From Fibrobacter sp. (GTDB lineage: Bacteria; Fibrobacterota; Fibrobacteria; Fibrobacterales; Fibrobacteraceae): a stretch of DNA of 64,000 nt. The stretch's first letter is position 1. Each line of letters begins with the position of its first letter. A program made the position numbers and the translations under genes. A model generated the notes under the pieces. The model searched no databases. It saw only the letters and a program-made list of their open reading frames with translations, and was not told where the DNA came from. Below, one piece after another: positions 56,303-64,000 of this stretch. The stretch spans positions 752 through 64,751 of the forward strand of contig JAAYJH010000054.1 in assembly GCA_012523035.1 (NCBI GenBank), in the 5' to 3' direction.

Positions 56303-58792
56303 TCACTTGAAAGTTGCTACATAAGTAGCACCATTATTGGGTTTTACTATACGGGGGTTTTCTATAGAGCCATCTTCCCATTTGACAAAGACCGCACCAG
56401 CTTGAGTCGGTACCGCTGTGAGCTCCATATCATTTCCACCAAAGAAAGTTCCCGTATAATTGGTGGTGTTCGAGTTGCTTGGCGGCAAAGTCATGCCCTC
56501 CATAAGCACCACACCATTTCCAGAAGATTGAATGCTCACTGTAATATCAGAGTCTAAGTCAAATTCTGAACGATATTCACTCCATGTTACAGATTCTCTG
56601 CTTCTAAAAAAGTCTTTGAGTGCAGAACCCGTTTTAGAAAAATAAGCTCCTTCATTTCTACTCCAGCGAGCCAAATCCCTACTCATTTCTTCACTAGGAA
56701 TGGTAGCAGTCATAGCATCGGCAATGGAATCCGCTCTCGACGAAGTTAAATAATTTTTAAGCATGACTGCGGATCGATTGATGAACAATCGCTTAAAATC
56801 GTTATTTTTTATCAATTTATTAAAAATTTGAGCAAAGCACTTGGCATCGTTACAACTAGAAGATCCTCCTCTTTTAATCCACTCAAACATATTAGTCCAT
56901 TCGCCAAAACCACTCACAGACCATTCAAAATCAAAGGCGTGGTCTAAGTCATAAATAATAAACTTCCAAGGCTGATCCGGTGCTGCACGCCAAGCTCGCA
57001 CATTGTTATTGGGCCAATCTCCATTTCGAAGATGGATTTCTAAAGCCATATAATCCGCCAAATTGCCTACATCCACCATAGTCCTCATAGTCGCATAAGC
57101 AGCATTATTGCTTCCGGAAAAGTCACTGCTATTCACAAAATCTAGCATTTGGAGATAAGCATCCGTAGTCCCTCCATTGGCAGTAATTTTGTTATTCTCC
57201 AGATGCTTTACAATATCGACTGTAGAAGGGTCAATTCCATAATTAGTTTCAATATAATGTTCATTCAAGCGTTCACGCATATCGTGAATACCATAATACT
57301 CTCCATTGTAAAAAACGACCACTTGTCTTGAACGCTGGTAATCTACTCCGGAACCCTCTACCATAGCAGCCCCAAGAGCATCTCCTATATAATCCCAATG
57401 GAAACGATTTCCATTGTTTCGTAAATTAAAAGCCTTGAACTTTTGATTTTCTGGTCGTGTTTTAAATAACGGATAATGCAATCTACCGTCTTGGTATTCT
57501 TCTTTCATTTTAATAGACACTGATTTCTTAGGATTATATCGACTCCATTGTCCCATAATGGATAAACCTGCATCTATATTCCATGCTCTTTTAGAACCCA
57601 CGCTTGGATTATCAAAAAACTCCACATGGACTGGAAGCTCAAGGTCCCACCAATAATTAGCTTCTTTACACGGTTCCTCACAAGATGATACTCCCTGAGA
57701 ATAATAACCATTTTTGGAGTCAAACATATCATAAGGGTCCACAGCAATGGACACAATGGGCATTCCACTGATTTGTTCACCAATAAAATAGGTGTTCGTC
57801 ACTATGTTTTTTGTGAGTAAGCCCGATTTATAGGCCCCACAACGCACAATGGTAGAAGAACCTAAAAACTCTGAAGCTGCAAAAACAGGAGAGTTTTTGG
57901 TAGGCAGTGAGCCGTCAAAAGTGCATCGAATCTCAGCCCCATCAGGAGAGCTAGGGGGATTTAAAGAAATAGGTTCACTATAAAAACCGGCTTGTTGATT
58001 GCCAAACTCTACGGGTTGTGCCATGCCTTCAAATGGGTCCGCTTCTGTATTTTTCTTTTCTGGGGTGGGTTTTGCAAAGTATTTCCAGCCACCACCATCG
58101 ACACGCCCCCAACTCACTCCAGGCTCTAAAGCAGGATATGTTACAGAATCTCGAATGGACCAATTGTAATCTATCAAATAAATTGTCCCGCCTTCTTTTT
58201 CAAGTTTCCAATTTGTATGTGTTCTGTAATGTGTATTAGATCCGTCTGTGCCTATTGGTGCCGTAGGCAAATCTTTTTTAGAACAAAAAACAATGCGAAA
58301 TTGCTTAGGTCCAATGGTTTCATTGCCAAAAATCCATTTACGGGGATTTTTTAAGTTTTCCACTAAAGAATAACCACTTAAATTTGCTGTTTCAGAACCA
58401 GCATTGTAAATTTCAACCCAACCTGGATCATCCCCTTCATGGTCATCCCAATCAATATTTGCAGAAATCACCTCTGTGATAATTAAAGCAGACTGCCCCA
58501 TCCAAGTAGCTACAGAATCCTCTGGCACAAAAACAGAAGAAGAGCTAAATGGTTGTCCTGTAGTATCTATTGCACCACTAGACAAAGGGTCCAAAGAGCT
58601 TGAACTATTAGGGTTCGGGACAAATCCTGATGAAAGTGAGTCATGAGGTAAAACAAGAGTAGAACTTGAACTGACTAACTCATTTGGGTCATCTTTTTTA
58701 GAAACACCTCCACCATCGTCACACGCTACAATAGCAAGAAATAACACCAATAAAAAAAGAAGTGAAAACTTTTGAATCATTATGCAAATCAC
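56303..58792 (-). CDS. Lipoprotein with lamin-tail domain (LTD) plus CotH-family core (829 aa)
   Basis: Lipobox LAIVAC and a Ser-rich linker. LTD segment LIITEVISANIDWDDHEGDDPGWVEIYNAGSETANLSGYSL. CotH core FYNGEYYGIHDMRERLNEHY and GDWPNNNVRAWR. The C-terminus is a divergent InlB-B-repeat-like domain. Confidence 0.7.
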   Translation of the reverse strand: MICIMIQKFSLLFLLVLFLAIVACDDGGGVSKKDDPNELVSSSSTLVLPHDSLSSGFVPNPNSSSSLDPLSSGAIDTTGQPFSSSSVFVPEDSVATWMGQSALIITEVISANIDWDDHEGDDPGWVEIYNAGSETANLSGYSLVENLKNPRKWIFGNETIGPKQFRIVFCSKKDLPTAPIGTDGSNTHYRTHTNWKLEKEGGTIYLIDYNWSIRDSVTYPALEPGVSWGRVDGGGWKYFAKPTPEKKNTEADPFEGMAQPVEFGNQQAGFYSEPISLNPPSSPDGAEIRCTFDGSLPTKNSPVFAASEFLGSSTIVRCGAYKSGLLTKNIVTNTYFIGEQISGMPIVSIAVDPYDMFDSKNGYYSQGVSSCEEPCKEANYWWDLELPVHVEFFDNPSVGSKRAWNIDAGLSIMGQWSRYNPKKSVSIKMKEEYQDGRLHYPLFKTRPENQKFKAFNLRNNGNRFHWDYIGDALGAAMVEGSGVDYQRSRQVVVFYNGEYYGIHDMRERLNEHYIETNYGIDPSTVDIVKHLENNKITANGGTTDAYLQMLDFVNSSDFSGSNNAAYATMRTMVDVGNLADYMALEIHLRNGDWPNNNVRAWRAAPDQPWKFIIYDLDHAFDFEWSVSGFGEWTNMFEWIKRGGSSSCNDAKCFAQIFNKLIKNNDFKRLFINRSAVMLKNYLTSSRADSIADAMTATIPSEEMSRDLARWSRNEGAYFSKTGSALKDFFRSRESVTWSEYRSEFDLDSDITVSIQSSGNGVVLMEGMTLPPSNSNTTNYTGTFFGGNDMELTAVPTQAGAVFVKWEDGSIENPRIVKPNNGATYVATFK

Positions 58793-58932
58793 CTATAAAC
58801 TTAAAGACTAATCTATTAAGCCAAACACTCACTCCAACGCTTATTAAATTTACTTGAAAAATATTAAAATAGAACATTTTTTTTGTCATTTTCTTTTTAC
58901 AATTGTTTTTTCGTATTTTAAGTCACATACCC

Positions 58933-58961
58933 TTGACACAATTTAGTTGCTGTACTAAATT
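58933..58961 (+). promoter_or_regulatory. Candidate promoter of tRNA-Phe
   Basis: TTGACA, a 17-nt spacer, then TAAATT. The -10 element ends 19 nt upstream of the tRNA. Confidence 0.45.
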
Positions 58962-58980
58962 TAGCACCTACTAACAAATT

Positions 58981-59053
58981 GGCTCTGTAGCTCAGTTGGT
59001 AGAGCATCGGACTGAAAATCCGCGTGTCAGCGGTTCAATTCCGCTCGGAGCCA
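58981..59053 (+). tRNA. tRNA-Phe (anticodon GAA)
   Basis: Hand-folded cloverleaf. Acceptor stem ggctctg/cggagcc, D arm gctc-agttggta-gagc, anticodon arm tcgga-ctGAAaa-tccgc, T arm agcgg-ttcaatt-ccgct. No encoded CCA. Confidence 0.9.
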
Positions 59054-59063
59054 CTTTATTAAC

Positions 59064-59093
59064 AAAAAAAACTCCTTTTTTGGAGTTTTTTTT
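59064..59093. terminator. Bidirectional Rho-independent terminator
   Basis: aaaaaaaactcc-tttttt-ggagtttttttt is an A-run/stem/T-run palindrome. It lies between tRNA-Phe (+) and the HD-GYP gene (-). Confidence 0.6.
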
Positions 59094-59114
59094 GTTTTAA
59101 ATGAATCTTTGCTT

Positions 59115-60242
59115 CTAAAACACTATATCCTTGTAAGGAGCAAACAAAAGATCCCAATTTTCAAAAAGAATATCAATCAATTCTCCTTGAAATTGTTGAT
59201 TTCGTTCTTTTTCGAAAATTTCTCGAACCTTTACTTCTGGCCAAGGGTCTTTATAACATCTGGGACTAGCGAGTGCATCTAAAACATCGGCAATAGCACA
59301 AATTCGACTCGCTAGTGGAATCTCTTCTCCGACTAAGCCATTGGGGTAGCCTTTTCCACTCCAGTGTTCATGATGATAATAAGCAATATCTGCAGCCAAT
59401 CTCAACAGAGATTTTGAAGAGTCTTTTAATAAATCATAGCCTATAGTCGTATGATTTTTCATAATCGTAAATTCTTCTTCCGTAAAACGGCCCGTTTTTT
59501 GAAGAATAGCGTCGGGAATGCCCACTTTTCCTAAATCATGCATCATTGCTGCACGACGAATTTCTTCTGCTTCTATTTCTGAAAGTCCATAAAACAAAGC
59601 CAATTTATAACTTGTTTGAGCCACTCTAAAAACATGGTCATAAGTTTCTTTGCTTCGATATTCAGAAACACGGCCCAATTTTTCTAAAATTTCTGCCTGT
59701 GTCTCTTCTATTTCTTCGGTTAAAACCATAGACTCAATAGACTTTGCTGAATAAACAGAAGTCAAGCTTAAATACTCTAAATCTTGTTTGGTAAAACCTG
59801 TAGCCAGTTCTTCTTTTTTATTGATGGCCTGAAACACACCAAAAACTATCCCTTGTGAGTTTTTTAAGGGCACCGTTAATACAGATTTTGTACGATATTT
59901 TGTTTTTTTATCACTACTAATATCAAATCTTGGGTCTAAATAAGCATCCTCAATTAAAAGAGCTTCTCCTGTTTTTAAGGTATGGCCCACAAAACCCGAA
60001 GAAGCTGGTATTTTCAAAATATCCACACCATGAGCTACTTTGGTCCACAAAAACTCTTCTTTTTCGTCTAATAACCATAGAGAACAGCGATCTGCCGAAA
60101 CCAAAGAGCGACCTAAATCTGCCATTAAAATCAAAAGACTATCCGTTTTTCTTTCTTCTGCAATTTTAGGCATATATTCAAAAAGCAAAGAAAGGATTTG
60201 CTCTGAATTCATGTTTTTTTTCTGATTTATATTTTCCATCAC
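59115..60242 (-). CDS. GAF-domain plus HD-GYP-domain protein (c-di-GMP phosphodiesterase type)
   Basis: N-terminal GAF-like region, then MHDLGKVGIP and HHEHWSGKGYPNGL. Confidence 0.85.
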   Translation of the reverse strand: MMENINQKKNMNSEQILSLLFEYMPKIAEERKTDSLLILMADLGRSLVSADRCSLWLLDEKEEFLWTKVAHGVDILKIPASSGFVGHTLKTGEALLIEDAYLDPRFDISSDKKTKYRTKSVLTVPLKNSQGIVFGVFQAINKKEELATGFTKQDLEYLSLTSVYSAKSIESMVLTEEIEETQAEILEKLGRVSEYRSKETYDHVFRVAQTSYKLALFYGLSEIEAEEIRRAAMMHDLGKVGIPDAILQKTGRFTEEEFTIMKNHTTIGYDLLKDSSKSLLRLAADIAYYHHEHWSGKGYPNGLVGEEIPLASRICAIADVLDALASPRCYKDPWPEVKVREIFEKERNQQFQGELIDILFENWDLLFAPYKDIVF

Positions 60243-60327
60243 ATATAAAATCTATAAAATATTATATTAAAGAGAAGAAATTTTATCAAAGATTTGAATT
60301 GAAAGTATTTCTTTTCAATATAGAGTC

Positions 60328-60356
60328 TTGACGGCATCTAAGTTCTTTTTTATAAT
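60328..60356 (+). promoter_or_regulatory. Candidate promoter of tRNA-Ser
   Basis: TTGACG, a 17-nt spacer, then TATAAT. The -10 element ends 14 nt upstream of the tRNA. Confidence 0.55.
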
Positions 60357-60370
60357 TGCTGTACTCCTTT

Positions 60371-60451
60371 GGAGGAATAGGCTAATTGGTAAGTCAGCGG
60401 TCTTGAAAACCGCCGCCGTAAGGCTTGGGGGTTCGAGTCCCTCTTCCTCCG
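60371..60451 (+). tRNA. tRNA-Ser (anticodon UGA), class II with variable arm
   Basis: Acceptor stem ggaggaa/ttcctcc, anticodon arm gcggt-ctTGAaa-accgc, variable arm gcc-gtaa-ggc, T arm ggggg-ttcgagt-ccctc. 81 nt, no encoded CCA. Confidence 0.8.
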
Positions 60452-61158
60452 TTACTCTTCCATTCTACTTTAGAGTCTGCGACTAGATCTAAACTAGCTG
60501 ATGCTTTTTTCTCATAAAGCAAAGTGCAAATTTTCACTTCCAATTGTTTTTTTTCGCAAAGGGCGTATTCACAGGCCTTAGTTGTAGAACCAGTGGTATA
60601 AACATCATCCACCACCACATAAATTTTATCTTCCGGAGCCGTTTTTTTTAAATAAAAAGCCCCCGCCACATTGTTTTTTCTTTCTTTTCCACTCAATTTT
60701 GTTTGTGACTCCCTAAAAGAATTTCTATATAAGCCTCGAAATACTCGTCCTTGTGTTTCTGCTGCCATCGCATAAGCAATTTTTTCTGTTTGATTGTAGC
60801 CTCTTTCTCTGTACCTAGATGAGTGCAACGGAACAGGAACAAACAAAAGAGGCTTATTTAAATTTTTAAACCAATACTGTACCTCATTTCCAGTTTTAAA
60901 AGCGGAATGTCGCACTAAATAACCTGCCAAACCTGGCATATGTTGGTATTTAAGAGCATAAACCAATCGCCGAGTCAATGCATTTAATTCAAATAGTGAG
61001 ACCACATTTTCATTAAAAAAACGAGGCTCTTTGCCGAAATTTATAAGCTCTTCTTTACAAGACGGACAAAGCCATGGGTCTAGTTTTTCGGTGTAAAATC
61101 CACAACCCAAGCAAGAAGAACCATAAATAAAATTAGATATTCTATTCAATACAGACAT
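60394..61158 (-). CDS. comF: ComF-family phosphoribosyltransferase-like protein
   Basis: N-terminal Cys clusters CLGC...CPSC and the PRTase motif VVVDDVYTTGST. The last ~19 codons are antisense to tRNA-Ser. Confidence 0.75.
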   Translation of the reverse strand: MSVLNRISNFIYGSSCLGCGFYTEKLDPWLCPSCKEELINFGKEPRFFNENVVSLFELNALTRRLVYALKYQHMPGLAGYLVRHSAFKTGNEVQYWFKNLNKPLLFVPVPLHSSRYRERGYNQTEKIAYAMAAETQGRVFRGLYRNSFRESQTKLSGKERKNNVAGAFYLKKTAPEDKIYVVVDDVYTTGSTTKACEYALCEKKQLEVKICTLLYEKKASASLDLVADSKVEWKSNGGRGTRTPKPYGGGFQDR

Positions 61159-61207
61159 ACTGATGAAGACGAATATAAAACGTTTTTTTTTACTTATTTT
61201 TTATTTT

Positions 61208-62464
61208 TTAACGATTCCCACCCTGATAACGCATAGCAAGTAAAAAGCCTACCATCACCACACTTGCTATAGCAAATGAGCCCCCATAAGATAAAAAAGG
61301 AAGCGGTAAACCTGTCACAGGCATTAAACCGAGTGTCATTGCAATATTCACTATTATATGAAAGAAAAAAACAGAAGTCACACTCACCACCATTAAATTC
61401 ACAAATGGTTCCTCATAAAGTTTAGAGATAGACAAAGCTCGCCATAAAAACAAAAAAAACAAAATCAATATCAACAAAGAACCTAAAAAACCAAACTGTT
61501 CTCCAAGCACGCTAAAAATGAAATCTGTATGTTCTTCGGGTAAAAAAGAAAGGTTGGTTTGAGAGCCTGCACCAAAGCCTTTGCCATAAGTCCCTCCTGA
61601 GCCTATAGCAGTCATAGATTGTAAAACCTGGTATCCATCCCCTAAAGGATCATTCATAGGGTCTAAAAAAGTTTCCACTCTTTTTTGTTGATGAGGTTTT
61701 AACAAAGCCCAAACCATACTACTCACATAACCAGCAAAAACATTGGCCAAAAAAAACACACTGGTCACTAACTTTGGCAATTTCCGATAAAAGAGCGTTA
61801 AAGTCACCAAGCAAATCAAAAAACCCCAAAAGAATTGCGAATAAGCAAATTTTGAAATAGACAAAAGCACCGATAAAAAAGGACTGATTAATAGAAACAT
61901 ATCCAGTGTAGTCAATCCCACCCAGTAAAAACAAGAGAGGCTGATAGCTATAAAAACAAGAGCCGTGCTGAGATCAGGTTGCCTTAAAACTAAAGCAAAA
62001 GGCACTAAAAATAAGATCGTAGGGACTGCAAAGCTTTTTAAATTAAAAAAACTAACCGGGTGTTTAGCCAACCAGTGCGAATACACAATTAAATAGGCAA
62101 GCTTTGCAAATTCAGAAGGCTGAATTTTAAAAAAGCCCAAATCAATCCAGCGAGTGGCTCCCTTGACAAGATCTCCACCACTAAATAAGATAAAAACTAA
62201 ACCTGCCAGAGACAAAAAATACATGGGAAACGCTAATCGTTTAAAATAATCGATTTTTATCAAACTAATGATTGCAGCAGCAAAAGAGCCAACGATAAAA
62301 TAAATAATTTGTCGAAACCAATAAGTTTTATAAAAAACATCGCTTGAATTTTGAGTCGCTGAATAGACCAAAACAATCCCACAACTCATTAAAAGAAATG
62401 TAAGAATGATTAACAACCAATCTATCTTCAATTTAGTGTCTAAAAGTTTTCTTTGGATATTCAC
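61208..62464 (-). CDS. rodA: SEDS-family peptidoglycan polymerase RodA
   Basis: About 10 TM segments and FLPEEHTDFIFSVLGEQFGFLGS. A 4-nt overlap links it to the upstream PBP2 gene. Confidence 0.85.
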   Translation of the reverse strand: MNIQRKLLDTKLKIDWLLIILTFLLMSCGIVLVYSATQNSSDVFYKTYWFRQIIYFIVGSFAAAIISLIKIDYFKRLAFPMYFLSLAGLVFILFSGGDLVKGATRWIDLGFFKIQPSEFAKLAYLIVYSHWLAKHPVSFFNLKSFAVPTILFLVPFALVLRQPDLSTALVFIAISLSCFYWVGLTTLDMFLLISPFLSVLLSISKFAYSQFFWGFLICLVTLTLFYRKLPKLVTSVFFLANVFAGYVSSMVWALLKPHQQKRVETFLDPMNDPLGDGYQVLQSMTAIGSGGTYGKGFGAGSQTNLSFLPEEHTDFIFSVLGEQFGFLGSLLILILFFLFLWRALSISKLYEEPFVNLMVVSVTSVFFFHIIVNIAMTLGLMPVTGLPLPFLSYGGSFAIASVVMVGFLLAMRYQGGNR

Positions 62465-63999
62465 TGAGTTTCTTTTTCCTTATTCGCTTCATCAAAATAT
62501 TTTTGCATGATTTTTTGAGCAACAGGAGCCGCTACCGCACCACCACCACCCGAAGCTTCCATAATGACTGCTACTGCAATTTCTGGATTATCCAATGGAG
62601 CCACAGAAGCATACCAAGCGTGCGTTTTCTCCCCTTTTTTCCATTCTCCAGAACCTGTTTTTGCCCCCACGCGCACTCCAGGAACAGCTCCTCTTTTACC
62701 GGTTCCTCCTGGATGATTCACCACCATATCCATCGCTTTTAAAAGCAATTCATGCGTTTCTGGTTTCATATGCCCTTCTCTAATTTTAATAGGTTCATAT
62801 TTTTTCACCAATTTAGCATCCACTGTCTGGATTTCTTTCATAAAATGAGGTCGATACACTCCTTGATTAGTAGCAAGTGAACCTATAAAAACGGCTTGTT
62901 GCAAAGGTGTCACCAATTGACCCTGACCTATTGCTAAATTAAGAATTAAGCCCCTTGTCCATCGCCAACCTGTTCTATGATTCCTTTCATTAAAGCTCAC
63001 AGAATCGGGCAGCCACCCCACCCTCTCTCCTGGAATATCCACACCCAATGGCTTGGACCCCAAACCAAATCGCTCTCCAAACTCATTAATTCTAGGCATA
63101 TCTATCAAAAGGCCTGCCTGATAAAAAAACACATCACAAGAGATACGAAGTGCGTGCAAAACATTAAGATTCCCATGGCTACTCCAACATTTTTGATACC
63201 GAGCTCCAAATTGAAAGCCTCCGGTACAAGATTTCGAAAAGTGAGTGTTTTCTCGAATTAATTCATGCTCCAGACCGGCTCCAGCAGTCACCAACTTAAA
63301 AACCGAAGCTGGCGGATAAGCTCCAGCCACAGCTCTATTAGTCAGTGGACGCGTTGAATCCAAAGCTACTTTTGCCCACTCTTTATTCCTATCTCGTTTA
63401 CGCAGTGAAAATATATTGGGGTCCATTCGAGGAGAACTCACCATAGCAATAATTTCTCCTGTCCTTGGATCAATAGCTACAGCGGCCCCTTTTACAGAAT
63501 CTGGAAAAGCTTGCTCCGCTATTTTTTGAACTTCTAGATCAATAGTGGTGATCAAATGCATTCCTGCAACAGGCTCTTTACTCATTCCCTCTATCACTCC
63601 AACTTCTCGACCAGCTGCATTCACTTCAATCACCTTCAGTCCATCTATTCCCCTAAACTCCTCGTCGTATTCAAACTCTAGACCCTTTTGACCAATACGA
63701 TCCCCTTGCGAATAATTTTTGTATGCTTCTTCTTGTAACTGATCTTCAGAAATTTCCCCTGTATAACCTAAAACATGGGCAAGCAAAGTTCCATATGGAT
63801 ATTCTCTTCTGGATTCTATTAATACAGAAACTCCTGGCAAATCACTAGACCTCTCTTCAATCAAAGCTATTTCTTCTGAAGTTGCATCTTCTAAAATTTG
63901 AATAGGGCGATTTCGAATCCAGTTCGCTCTCTGGAAAGCGGTATCCAAAGAAAGAGAATCAAACAAAAATTTACCTTCTAAATCGTGTATTTTAAGCAA
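62461..63999 (-). CDS. mrdA: Penicillin-binding protein 2 (elongasome transpeptidase), N-terminus beyond the window edge
   Basis: Transpeptidase motifs ASVFK (SxxK) and AKTGSGE (KTG). It is adjacent to rodA. The ORF is still open at position 63999. Confidence 0.85.
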   Translation of the reverse strand: MLKIHDLEGKFLFDSLSLDTAFQRANWIRNRPIQILEDATSEEIALIEERSSDLPGVSVLIESRREYPYGTLLAHVLGYTGEISEDQLQEEAYKNYSQGDRIGQKGLEFEYDEEFRGIDGLKVIEVNAAGREVGVIEGMSKEPVAGMHLITTIDLEVQKIAEQAFPDSVKGAAVAIDPRTGEIIAMVSSPRMDPNIFSLRKRDRNKEWAKVALDSTRPLTNRAVAGAYPPASVFKLVTAGAGLEHELIRENTHFSKSCTGGFQFGARYQKCWSSHGNLNVLHALRISCDVFFYQAGLLIDMPRINEFGERFGLGSKPLGVDIPGERVGWLPDSVSFNERNHRTGWRWTRGLILNLAIGQGQLVTPLQQAVFIGSLATNQGVYRPHFMKEIQTVDAKLVKKYEPIKIREGHMKPETHELLLKAMDMVVNHPGGTGKRGAVPGVRVGAKTGSGEWKKGEKTHAWYASVAPLDNPEIAVAVIMEASGGGGAVAAPVAQKIMQKYFDEANKEKETQ

Positions 64000-64000
64000 G

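Noticed and set aside
1-64000. Search for CRISPR arrays, IS elements or transposases, integrases, prophage genes, reverse transcriptases, and restriction or other recognisable defence genes.
   Set aside because: I found no regularly spaced direct repeats. None of the ORFs has motifs of these families. The RecBCD, XPB, RecR and XseA genes look like housekeeping repair genes, not defence modules.

Overview
This is a 64-kb chromosomal segment from an AT-rich, diderm (Gram-negative-type) bacterium. My estimate by eye is 35-38% G+C. The lineage cannot be fixed from sequence alone. A TIGR02147-like protein, a GH9 cellulase, CotH/LTD lipoproteins, a lone pilin and sigma70-type TTGAC(A/G)-17-TAnnnT promoters are compatible with a Fibrobacterota-like or Bdellovibrionota/Oligoflexia-like organism, but that is speculation.

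The window holds about 55 tightly packed CDSs and three tRNA genes (Thr-CGU, Phe-GAA, Ser-UGA), none encoding CCA. I found no rRNA, CRISPR array, transposase, integrase or phage genes.

The housekeeping content falls into these groups:
- DNA repair and recombination: xseA, recC-recB-recD, an XPB-type helicase, recR.
- RNA and ribosome functions: ybeY with a CNNM/CorC gene, an RluA-family pseudouridine synthase, a TrmB-like methyltransferase, engB.
- Metabolism: a stand-alone MetH activation-domain protein, a GH57 alpha-glucan branching enzyme with a DUF4912-like partner, thrC, hisG-hisE, a ubiE-ubiX-UbiA-like quinone module.
- Envelope and transport: TerC, a DASS transporter, mlaFED-like genes, rfbABC, manC, an LMW phosphatase, comF, rodA and mrdA (partial).

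Four patches look accessory or are of unknown function:
- A FecR-domain protein coupled to a 1100-aa beta-helix plus giant beta-barrel protein.
- A lipoprotein plus barrel pair upstream of the DUF4912-like and GH57 genes.
- A TIGR02147-like protein with a carbohydrate-binding-like lipoprotein.
- Tandem CotH paralogs next to tRNA-Phe.

Three observations stand out as not explained by gene calls:
- A perfect 25-bp inverted repeat (44439-44463 and 49868-49892) brackets a 5.4-kb module with divergent GH9-pilin and rfbABC arms.
- A GC-rich, internally base-paired non-coding element sits in the 458-nt convergent gap after rfbC.
- Two tRNA/CDS junctions are unusual: the XPB start codon lies 9 nt after tRNA-Thr, and comF reads 58 nt antisense into tRNA-Ser.

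All protein calls rest on motif recognition by eye. No database search was run.
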